A stretch of DNA of 64,000 nt from Bacteroidota bacterium (GCA_041191405.1 JBEEOW010000017.1:10317-74316); one strand, 5' to 3'. Shown: positions 55,601 to 63,392, counted from the first letter of the stretch. The notes: generated from the sequence alone by a model not told the origin. Numbers and translations: made by a program.

Positions 55601-58230
55601 TTGGTACGCCTTACGATTACAGCGATAAATCAACTTATGCTACAATGCTTACTTTTTCAGCAAAGAAAACGGTGTATAAAGTGGGCGAAAATGTTGAATT
55701 TTCATTCCCATCAGAAGCTGGAGGAAATGCTTTGGTATCTATTGAAAATGGAACATCGGTTGTAAAAACATTTTGGACTAAAACCAAACAAGGTAAAACT
55801 GACGTTGCCTTTTTAGCTGCATCAGGTATGGCACCGAATATTTATGTAAATGTTACGCTTTTATATCCACATGCTTACACGGCAAAAGGCAAACCTATGC
55901 GTTTGTATGGGGTAGTTTCTGTAGATATTGAAGACCCTGCAACGCATTTAGAACCAGTAATTTCTGCACCAGAATCAATAAAACCTGAGCAAACTTATAA
56001 TGTAACTGTTAAGGAAACACAAGGAAAACCAATGACTTACACCTTGGCTGTGGTTGATGAAGGTTTGCTTGATCTAACAAAATATACCTTACCTGAAATT
56101 TGGAAATCATTTTATGCTAAAGAAGCCTTAGGGGTTAAATCATGGGATTTCTTTGATAAGGTGATTAATGCTTTAGGAAGTGATATTGGTAAAATGTTTG
56201 CTATTGGTGGTGATGATTTTGCAAAACGTAAAGCTGGTGTGAAAGCAAATAGATTTAAGCCTGTGGTAACTTTTGTTGGTCCGTTTACAATTCCAGCAGG
56301 TGGACAAGCAACGCACAAACTGAAAATGCCAAACTATGTAGGTTCGGTTAAAATAATGGTTGTTGCTGCCAAGAATGGTGCTTACGGTACAGCTGAACGT
56401 ACCATGAAAGTGAAACAAGATTTAATGGTGTTGGCTACTTTGCCTCGTGTGGCAACTCCAAATGATGAGTTTTATATTCCGGTTACTATTTTTAATTATT
56501 CAAATGTGAAAACGGTAAATGTTTCATTACAAACCAATGCTATTTTCAAACCTTTGCAAGGAACTAATTTGAAAGTAAATTTTGGAAATGAGCAAGAAAA
56601 AGTGGTTTACTTTAAAGTGAAAGTTGCCAATGAAACAGGTATTGCAAATGTGAAAATTGCTGCAACGGCGGGTGCTGCAAGTTCAAAAGATGTTCAAGAA
56701 CTTGAAGTTAGACCAAGTAATCCTGTTACAACACAAATTAAATCATATACCGTGAAAGCTGGTTCAAATGGTGTAATTGCTTACACTCCATTTGGTACAA
56801 AAGGTACTAATTCGGTTTATGCTGAATTTGCATCCATGCCACAAATTAGCACAAGGTCTTTACAAGGGTATCTGGAAAAATATCCACATGGTTGTTTAGA
56901 GCAAGTAACTTCTGCGGCTTTCCCGCAGTTGTTTGTGTCAAATTTAATTGAAATGGATAGTCGCCAAAAATCACTTGCCGACTTACACATTAAAGCTGCA
57001 ATAAATAAACTTAGTACTTATCAAGTGGCAAGTGGTGGTTTTGCTTATTGGCCAGGAGCAGCACAAGTAGAAGAGTGGGTTACAAGTTATGCCGGTATGT
57101 TTCTTTGTCAGGCAGAGAAACAAGGGTATTATATTCCGTCATCCATGTTGAAAAAATGGAAAGTTTCGCAAACTAAACTTGCACAAACATTTTTACCAAG
57201 TTCAAAAAATCAATTTGAGCATCAAACCCAAGCGTATCGTTTATATAGTTTGGCGTATGCTGGTGCTCCTGATTTAGGTTCGATGAATAGGTTAAAAGAA
57301 TATGCACAGCTTGATAATCAGTCACGTTGGTTGTTGGTGGCAGCTTATGCTTATGCAGGTCAAACTACAGTAGCTAATAATTTAAGATTGAAATGTAATC
57401 CAAATTTATTTGAATCATATTACTACTATTATACATTTGGTTCAGTTACTAGAGACCAAGCCATTGTATTGGATGTATTGTGTTTACTAAAACAAAAAGA
57501 TGCGGCAGTGACTATGTTCAAAAAAGTTGCACAAAGTATTTCGGCAGATAATTATAATACTCAGGATGTTGCAATGAGTTTACTAGCGGTGAGTAATTTT
57601 GCAAAAACATTTGGTTTAGGTACTGGCGTCTATGGAAATTACACAAATGATGGAGCAGCTTCTGTGAATATCAATGCTACACAATCGTTGGTGAAAACCT
57701 TGAATGTATCAGGAACAAATAACCATCAATTAAAAGTAAATAATACAGGCAAATCAATTTTGTATGTAAATGTGGTATCGCAAGGAGCAAGTGCAACTCC
57801 AATTACTGTAGCTCAAAATAATGGTTTGAAGATTGATATACAATATGTTGATGCAAGTAACAGACCAGTAAATATATTGCAATTACCACAAGGTACGGAG
57901 TTTAAGGCAATTATTTCAGTAAGTAATATTTCAGCCGAACCGCAAACTCGTTTAGCATTAACACAAACATTGCCATCGGGCTGGGAGTTTATTAAATTAA
58001 AACAAAATGAAGAAACAAGTTCAGCAACCTATGATTACAAAAATGTACGAGATGCAAGTGCTTCATTCTATTTTGATTTAGGTAGAAACGAGAAAAAAAC
58101 ATTTACCTTAACATTACACGCCTCATTTGCTGGAACATATTATATGCCACCTGTATTGTGTGAAAATATGTACAACAGAAAGGTAATTGCTTATACAGCT
58201 GGCAAAAATGTAAATGTTGGGTTGAGGTAG
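52633..58230 (+). CDS. Bacterial alpha-2-macroglobulin family protein with intact thioester motif
   Basis: 1865 aa. N-terminal TM anchor, repeated MG domains. Thioester GCLEQ at Cys1421 (nt 56893-56904) within YPHGCLEQVTSAAFP. Confidence 0.9.
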   Translation: MKRFKNKADIFWLSFAVILLIGFAYRIFTKERLSTTASIERSFAAPDTAYAEYVYAYTNGIISSHDKIKIILTADITDSLERSELLTSDLFDFSPEIKGKLSWEGTNALVFTPDAPLPSGIEYAGTFALKKVYKDIDDKLAEFPLHFKVIKQTFETDEPTLGYPEKSDTRKVAFTGVLYSADIATPAEAEKQLKATQNGKDLKITWVHDANGTTHRYNIEGAERTSSNETVKIICAENTDDEQIIETEIPALGVFKVVKFKVVNEGEQYLSVLFSDPLLENQDYNGMVSIDNNNNNFRFLAIDNELRVYPENTFDREVNVNISGAIRNITAAMMGDDRNEKVDFSDELPAIALLSSGTILPSSANQKVSFKAKAIKSVNIEIVRIYETNVPQFLQTNELNGQSEVKRVGRPVFQRKVSLKKSNASNLKKWNNFQFNISEYIQQEPGAIYQVSFRFGKADVLCECADSDENKDWNLLKQGLSWFADVDDKDYDNVENYYYDDYYEGEGDYYEEYDWKKRNDPCNSAFYNSNPTSVQLNILSSDIGLIAKAGINNQYQIFATNLVTAQIEQGVSIELINYQKQSIAKAVTDAEGKVVFDLGKNIPFLAIASKGKEKAYLKLLDGDALSMSNFEVSGEYIQKGLKGFIYGERGVWRPGDSLFLTFVLDAQNGKVSPNQPIVMELQTPLDQVYTRKVLNKGVDGMYVFKLKTEPDAPTGNWFVNVNVGGVKFSKKIKIEAVKPNRLKINLQFAEKEIYNINKNSIATISSAWMHGAPAANLRATYDVFYGKSVFEAGKKFENYTFEIPGISIDVPESKVFDGALSAQGVATFNPNFNNLKGNLSPAVSAYFRGKVYEKSGDFSTDFTTVTIYPYQTIAGLNIKQDEGRYNYAVNEEIDLDVVSINPKGEYTSNSALQVSIVKLNWQWWWESTSDGGVTNYMYNDNASEVTSASIPLSRGKGKFSFKLDDKQWGRYLVKVTDPNSGHVTGEIIYVGTPYDYSDKSTYATMLTFSAKKTVYKVGENVEFSFPSEAGGNALVSIENGTSVVKTFWTKTKQGKTDVAFLAASGMAPNIYVNVTLLYPHAYTAKGKPMRLYGVVSVDIEDPATHLEPVISAPESIKPEQTYNVTVKETQGKPMTYTLAVVDEGLLDLTKYTLPEIWKSFYAKEALGVKSWDFFDKVINALGSDIGKMFAIGGDDFAKRKAGVKANRFKPVVTFVGPFTIPAGGQATHKLKMPNYVGSVKIMVVAAKNGAYGTAERTMKVKQDLMVLATLPRVATPNDEFYIPVTIFNYSNVKTVNVSLQTNAIFKPLQGTNLKVNFGNEQEKVVYFKVKVANETGIANVKIAATAGAASSKDVQELEVRPSNPVTTQIKSYTVKAGSNGVIAYTPFGTKGTNSVYAEFASMPQISTRSLQGYLEKYPHGCLEQVTSAAFPQLFVSNLIEMDSRQKSLADLHIKAAINKLSTYQVASGGFAYWPGAAQVEEWVTSYAGMFLCQAEKQGYYIPSSMLKKWKVSQTKLAQTFLPSSKNQFEHQTQAYRLYSLAYAGAPDLGSMNRLKEYAQLDNQSRWLLVAAYAYAGQTTVANNLRLKCNPNLFESYYYYYTFGSVTRDQAIVLDVLCLLKQKDAAVTMFKKVAQSISADNYNTQDVAMSLLAVSNFAKTFGLGTGVYGNYTNDGAASVNINATQSLVKTLNVSGTNNHQLKVNNTGKSILYVNVVSQGASATPITVAQNNGLKIDIQYVDASNRPVNILQLPQGTEFKAIISVSNISAEPQTRLALTQTLPSGWEFIKLKQNEETSSATYDYKNVRDASASFYFDLGRNEKKTFTLTLHASFAGTYYMPPVLCENMYNRKVIAYTAGKNVNVGLR

Positions 58231-58231
58231 G

Positions 58232-58340
58232 AATAGGGCTGTACCCTATTTGGGCAAATGTCGCCCTTTCAGGGCTATAATTTTGTAATAAAGCCCTGAA
58301 AGGGCGACATTTACTAGCTAGGGGTGAAGCCCCTAGCTAG
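58232..58340. repeat. Three consecutive perfect GC-rich hairpins (7-, 21- and 11-bp stems)
   Basis: AATAGGG/CCCTATT (58232-50). AAATGTCGCCCTTTCAGGGCT/AGCCCTGAAAGGGCGACATTT (58256-76 / 58292-312). CTAGCTAGGGG/CCCCTAGCTAG (58314-24 / 58330-40). Confidence 0.85.
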
Positions 58341-58393
58341 TATTTATTCCATAAACAATCAACAAAATATATTTTTAGAAGAAATAAAAAGTT

Positions 58394-58401
58394 TAGATTT
58401 G
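58394..58401 (+). promoter_or_regulatory. Candidate -7 box (TAGATTTG)
   Basis: TAnnTTTG match 24 nt upstream of the ATG at 58425. Confidence 0.45.
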
Positions 58402-58424
58402 TAAAATTCACCTAAATGTAAATT

Positions 58425-59018
58425 ATGTCAATCCCTCAAAATAATCAATCACGAACAAGGTATGCTATAGGTTTTATAGTATTTACATTTATAATCAATG
58501 TAGTTTTATTGTTTGTACATTATAGATATTATAGGGAAATACAACATTTGAATACAGCTCAGGTGGTAGAAATTGTACAATATTTTGCATACCACTGGAT
58601 TAAAATTATTTTAAAAATGGTGAGTATAATAGTATTTATATTTTCAGCTATTACTTTTATTCAATGGTTTAGAAGAGCTTACACCAATGTTGAAATTGAT
58701 AATGCAGGTCTGAAATTTAAAAATGATGAGATAGTTTTAAGTTTCTTAAACCCAATAACATTTTTCAATAAACCTTATTTTATTATGAAAGAACTTTTTG
58801 AGACACTAAAACTTAAAACAGATATTTTAAAAGTTTGGTGGGGAACTTGGATTTTTAATCTATTGCTGAATGCTTTAGTAATTCCATTTTTAAAACAAAA
58901 CACAGTTGGAGAGTTAAGTTTTAATTTGCAAATCAACATAATTTCAAATATCGTTTGGATTGTGTTGTCATTGTTAACAATTAAAGTTATTCAAATGGTT
59001 TCGAGTAAGGGTGATTAA
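58425..59018 (+). CDS. Hypothetical polytopic membrane protein (about 4 TM helices)
   Basis: 197 aa, hydrophobic helices. I cannot assign a family with confidence. It is the first gene after the hairpin array and lies 91 nt upstream of the carrier-protein gene. Confidence 0.5.
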   Translation: MSIPQNNQSRTRYAIGFIVFTFIINVVLLFVHYRYYREIQHLNTAQVVEIVQYFAYHWIKIILKMVSIIVFIFSAITFIQWFRRAYTNVEIDNAGLKFKNDEIVLSFLNPITFFNKPYFIMKELFETLKLKTDILKVWWGTWIFNLLLNALVIPFLKQNTVGELSFNLQINIISNIVWIVLSLLTIKVIQMVSSKGD

Positions 59019-59109
59019 TTTTTTGAGATATAAAAAACATATTTGACCGAATATTTATTTTTTATCGTGAACTTACGATTGTATATTCGCAATAACAAAA
59101 AAATATATA

Positions 59110-59358
59110 ATGGATAAATATTCAACTGAGGAATTGACTCTGTGGTTCAAAAAACAATTAGCAGCAGAATTAAATGTACCTAGTGAAAATGTAGATTTAA
59201 ATGCAACAATATCAAGTTTCGGTTTAGATTCTTTATCAAATTTAACATTGGTTTTTTCAATTGAAGAATATACTAATTTAAGTATTGATCCAACTGTTTT
59301 TGAGGAATTTAATACATTTGAAGAAGTGATAGAATGGATTCAGAATCAAAAAAAATAG
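59110..59358 (+). CDS. Acyl/peptidyl carrier protein (phosphopantetheine attachment site)
   Basis: 82 aa. Canonical FGLDSL with Ser41 (nt 59230-59232), followed by helix II/III-like LTLVFSIEE. Confidence 0.8.
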   Translation: MDKYSTEELTLWFKKQLAAELNVPSENVDLNATISSFGLDSLSNLTLVFSIEEYTNLSIDPTVFEEFNTFEEVIEWIQNQKK

Positions 59359-60575
59359 TAAAGTGGAACCCTTACTCAGAAGGATATTTTGAAAATCCTT
59401 ATAAGCATTTGGCTGAATGTAAAAAATCGTCTCCAGTACAAATTGGATTAAAAAACTATTATATTTTATTCAATCATAGTGATGTGCGAAATGTAATTAA
59501 AAATCCAGATTTTTTAACTTCTGATTTTAGTGAATTTTTTAAAGAAAAAGAACCCTATATTTTTAAAGAGTCTAATGCATGTCCATATTTATCAAAAAGT
59601 ACATCAAAATGGTTGATGTATTTGGATGGAGAAGATCATTTAAAAGCTAGAGAGCTTGTAGAGAAGGGTTTGTCAGTGTTTAATTATGATGAATTAACAA
59701 ACCAAGCTATTGATGAAATTTTAGTTGAATTAAAAGCTTTAAAAGTAAACAATGAAATTGATTTAGTTGATGTTGCTGCAAAGTTACCTGTGATTATTAC
59801 TAATAAAATGTTAGGGTTAAGTAATCATTTTGATTTTTATGAATCTAAAACTTTAGCACATTCATTGGCTTATTCTCAAGATTTATTTCTTCCTCGACAA
59901 GTATATTTAAAAATTAATTCAGATATGGAGTTGATGTTTGAATTTTTGTCAGAAAAATATGAATCTTTATTAATAAATCCTGATGAATCGTTTTTTTCAA
60001 TTATAATAAAGTTAAATAATGAATTTAATTATAATTTTTCAAAAAGTGAATTAATTTCAGTAATCATGGTTTTGTTTTTAGGTTCTATTGAAACCTCTAA
60101 AGATACATTATCAATGATTTTTTTAGAGTTATTAAGAGATAAGTCGCTTTTAAAAACCATACAAAATAATACACAAATTGAAAATAATATTTTAGTTGAA
60201 GAGTTTTTGAGATACAGTTCACCTTTACAATATACCGTTAGGGTCAGTACCCTTGATTATACTATTGGAGATATTACAATTCCTGCAAATTCAAAATTAC
60301 TTCTATGTTTAGCTTCTGCAAATAGAGACGAAGAGGTTTTTGACGATGCTCAAAATATTGTTCCAAATCGAAAATATAATCCTCATTTTGCTTTTGGCGG
60401 AGGCTTGCATTCATGCGTAGGTGCCAAACTTGCAAGAATTGAATTAAGGGCATTTATTCCTAAAATAGCTTCATTTTTAAGTAGATGTGATATAAGTATT
60501 GAAAATGCACCTGTTTGGCAAAAAACTATTATGATGAGAGGTTTGAAGAGCTTAAATGTGGTTGTGAAAAAATAG
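59334..60575 (+). CDS. Cytochrome P450
   Basis: 413 aa. I-helix GSIETS, ExxR (EEFLRY), and heme loop FAFGGGLHSCVGAKLA with Cys361 (nt 60414-60416). Confidence 0.9.
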   Translation: MDSESKKIVKWNPYSEGYFENPYKHLAECKKSSPVQIGLKNYYILFNHSDVRNVIKNPDFLTSDFSEFFKEKEPYIFKESNACPYLSKSTSKWLMYLDGEDHLKARELVEKGLSVFNYDELTNQAIDEILVELKALKVNNEIDLVDVAAKLPVIITNKMLGLSNHFDFYESKTLAHSLAYSQDLFLPRQVYLKINSDMELMFEFLSEKYESLLINPDESFFSIIIKLNNEFNYNFSKSELISVIMVLFLGSIETSKDTLSMIFLELLRDKSLLKTIQNNTQIENNILVEEFLRYSSPLQYTVRVSTLDYTIGDITIPANSKLLLCLASANRDEEVFDDAQNIVPNRKYNPHFAFGGGLHSCVGAKLARIELRAFIPKIASFLSRCDISIENAPVWQKTIMMRGLKSLNVVVKK

Positions 60576-60576
60576 T

Positions 60577-61923
60577 ATGATAGTTCATTTAATAATTATT
60601 TTCTTTTTCATATTTACTGGAATAGGGTTTTATGTTTTAGTAAAAAATCAATCATACAAATGGATAGCCTTATTAGTTCCAAGCTTAATAATCTATTGTT
60701 ATTATATAAAGTGGTTATTTTTAATAGTGTTGTTAATCACTATTTTCGTATATTTTGCTTCTATTTATTTAGATAATAAGAGAAAAATATTAAATAAACT
60801 TAGTTATTATTTTGTTGTATTTGTTACTTTATTACCCTTGTTTTTTTTCAAAATCAACGAAACGTTGAATGTAAAATGGTTAACTGATGCATCATTTTTG
60901 GGATTATCATTCGTTACATTTAATGCTTTAAGCTATTTGATTGATATAAAAAAAGGTTATCTCCAGCCTGAAAAAAATATACTTTTATTGTTGTTATTTA
61001 TTTGTTTTTACCCGCATATTTTAGCCGGACCCTTGCATAAAGTAAAGTATTTATTACCTCAATTTATGCAGATTTGTATCACCCCAAACAATATAAGTTT
61101 AGGTTGTAGATTGATTTTGTGGGGAATTTTTAAAAAATATGCAATTGCTCAAAATTTAGCAATAACAGTTTCTTCAATCATTGATAAGCCTGAAAGTCAC
61201 TGTAATATTAACTTGTTGGTTGGTGGTACTATTTTCTTTTTTCAAATTTATTGCGATTTTTCAGCTTATGTAGACATTATGAAAGGTGTGGCTAAAATTT
61301 TTAATATTGACATCAAAACTAATTTTAAAGACAGAATATATCTTGCAAATTCAAGACTTGCATTTTGGAGTGGATGGCATGTTACCTTGAATAATTGGTT
61401 TAGAGATTATGTTTTTTACGCTATTGCCAAAAATTATAAGAAACAATGGCAACTTGATATTGTAACAATTTTTACATTTGTTTTAATTGGGCTATGGCAT
61501 GGATTTACAATTTCATTCATTATATGGGGTTTAATTAACGGGGTTTGGTTCGTATTTGAAAAATATTTGAAAGTATATTTTGATTTTTTACCAAATACGA
61601 TTCGAAATTATTTGGGTATCATTTATCATATCACACTAGCTTCTTTTGTTGCACTTTTATTTAGAAGTAAATCTATATCATTAACAATTTCAAACTTATT
61701 TAACTTTCAATCTTTAAAATTTGATAAAATTGAAATTTCTTCAGGCGCAATTTTGTCATTTATACTAATGGACTTATTTTATATGTATGCAAAAGGAAAA
61801 CCTATTGAAGAATTCATTGGTCAAATGTCTGTAACAAAACGTTGGGTAGTTTATTTTATATTAAGCTTTTCAATAATTACATGGCAAATAGGTAAAAGTG
61901 ATTTTTATTATTTTAAATTTTAG
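60577..61923 (+). CDS. MBOAT family membrane-bound O-acyltransferase (DltB/AlgI/PatA-like)
   Basis: 448 aa polytopic. FWSGWHVTLNNWFRDYVFY, and the invariant His in IGLWHG (His308, nt 61498-61500). Confidence 0.88.
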   Translation: MIVHLIIIFFFIFTGIGFYVLVKNQSYKWIALLVPSLIIYCYYIKWLFLIVLLITIFVYFASIYLDNKRKILNKLSYYFVVFVTLLPLFFFKINETLNVKWLTDASFLGLSFVTFNALSYLIDIKKGYLQPEKNILLLLLFICFYPHILAGPLHKVKYLLPQFMQICITPNNISLGCRLILWGIFKKYAIAQNLAITVSSIIDKPESHCNINLLVGGTIFFFQIYCDFSAYVDIMKGVAKIFNIDIKTNFKDRIYLANSRLAFWSGWHVTLNNWFRDYVFYAIAKNYKKQWQLDIVTIFTFVLIGLWHGFTISFIIWGLINGVWFVFEKYLKVYFDFLPNTIRNYLGIIYHITLASFVALLFRSKSISLTISNLFNFQSLKFDKIEISSGAILSFILMDLFYMYAKGKPIEEFIGQMSVTKRWVVYFILSFSIITWQIGKSDFYYFKF

Positions 61924-61925
61924 CT

Positions 61926-62837
61926 ATGAGGAAAGTAGTGATTAAGTTGTTGATTTTTATTGTATTGGTTATAGGTTTAGGACTTATAGCTAGATATTCT
62001 GTGTTGAATTTTATTTATAAAAACCAGCCTACTTCAATTTACGAAACCAAGAAAATACCCCAATGTGTATTTGTCGGTAATAGTCGAATAAATAATGCTT
62101 TGAATGATTCTGTTTTTGCGAATGAAATTAAAGATTTTGAAATTCATAATTATGCAATACCCGGAATGAGCTTCAATTATAGTTTAAAAATGATTGAAAA
62201 ACTCTCAACTCAAACTTCAAATAGTGTTTTTTATGTTGAACTCGGACAAATGCATACTTCTATTCCTTATAGAGCATTTCCCTATTTCTCAATTGGTGAC
62301 CAAGTTGAAGCGACTCAATATTTTTATCAAAATTATAATTTGGGAAATATGAGGAGTATTAAAAAGTGGCTTTTTGAATCAACTAATTTGGTTTATAACA
62401 CAATTACAAGCCAAAAATATTTCAATATTTTATCAGGTAAAGTAAAACTAAATAATAACTTAAAGTATTCACCAAGATGTGATAAATACAGCGGGGATTT
62501 TATTATGATTTCTAAAAATAATTTTGCATATCAACAAGTTGTATTAGAAAATAAACAATATAAATATTTGATTACTAGTGTGATTGTGGAGTTGTCAAAG
62601 CAAAATAATAGAATATATTTTTTATTGCCAGTAACCTTTAAAGATGCAAATGAAAAACAAATTGTAAGTTCAATTTATAGACAAATACCAATTGAAAATA
62701 AGTTGATTTACTCTGATAATTTTCTAAATCAAATCAGTAGTAATAAAAATTTAGCGGATAATAATCATCTAAATGTATTTGGGAGTAATATTTTTACACA
62801 AGAAATGATTTATCAATTTAAGAAAGCTAAACATTAA
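61926..62837 (+). CDS. Membrane-anchored SGNH/GDSL-like (DltD-like) protein
   Basis: 303 aa. N-terminal TM anchor. Block-I-like VFVGNSR (Ser53) and block-V-like DNNHLNVFG (Asp278/His281). Lies directly after the MBOAT gene with a 2-nt gap. Confidence 0.6.
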   Translation: MRKVVIKLLIFIVLVIGLGLIARYSVLNFIYKNQPTSIYETKKIPQCVFVGNSRINNALNDSVFANEIKDFEIHNYAIPGMSFNYSLKMIEKLSTQTSNSVFYVELGQMHTSIPYRAFPYFSIGDQVEATQYFYQNYNLGNMRSIKKWLFESTNLVYNTITSQKYFNILSGKVKLNNNLKYSPRCDKYSGDFIMISKNNFAYQQVVLENKQYKYLITSVIVELSKQNNRIYFLLPVTFKDANEKQIVSSIYRQIPIENKLIYSDNFLNQISSNKNLADNNHLNVFGSNIFTQEMIYQFKKAKH

Positions 62838-62848
62838 TATTTTACTTT

Positions 62849-62856
62849 TACCTTTG
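62849..62856 (+). promoter_or_regulatory. Candidate -7 box (TACCTTTG)
   Basis: TAnnTTTG match 18 nt upstream of the ATG at 62874. Suggests the upstream operon ends at 62837. Confidence 0.45.
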
Positions 62857-62873
62857 CACCAAACCATTTCCTC

Positions 62874-63251
62874 ATGAGCACCGAAATTATAGCTTGGACC
62901 AAAGAACCTGAACCCAAAGGAACATTATTTACTGCACAAGATTTAGCAAACCGTGAAAATGTAATTGCATTGTTTTGGGCGTGTAAACTAAAAGTAGGCT
63001 ATATCACCGCCGATGGCTGGGAATATTTGTTTCATAAATATGGTTTAAGTGAATTGCTTCATATAGATTTAGATATCAAATGGTTTGATTCACAAGATTT
63101 AAAATCGCAAACCTGTGATTTAATTTACGAATCTTTGATTGCCGGTTACAACCCAATTCATACACAAAAAGGAGATTACGATACAGAAACTCGTACTTTT
63201 TTGAATCTTGATGGTTCAACACAAATAATTGATTGGGATAATTTGGTTTAA
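62874..63251 (+). CDS. Hypothetical cytoplasmic protein
   Basis: 125 aa, no signal peptide or TM helix. I recognise no family. Confidence 0.5.
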   Translation: MSTEIIAWTKEPEPKGTLFTAQDLANRENVIALFWACKLKVGYITADGWEYLFHKYGLSELLHIDLDIKWFDSQDLKSQTCDLIYESLIAGYNPIHTQKGDYDTETRTFLNLDGSTQIIDWDNLV

Positions 63252-63255
63252 TTCT

Positions 63256-63280
63256 GTAGAGACGTGGTATGCCACGTCTA
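63256..63280. repeat. Palindromic element GTAGAGACGTGGTATGCCACGTCTA (paralogue of the 4418-4442 element)
   Basis: 8-bp stem AGACGTGG/CCACGTCT. 20 of 25 positions are identical to GTAGAGATATGGCATGCCATGTCTC at 4418-4442, with changes on both arms that preserve pairing. Confidence 0.7.
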
Positions 63281-63392
63281 ATATAAAACATCGTTCATTT
63301 TTTTATTATCTATTAATAACTTCGTTTTTCTAGTATTTAAATTTTTAATTGAAAACCTTTTTTGCATCTTTACTATTCATAATATTTTGAAG

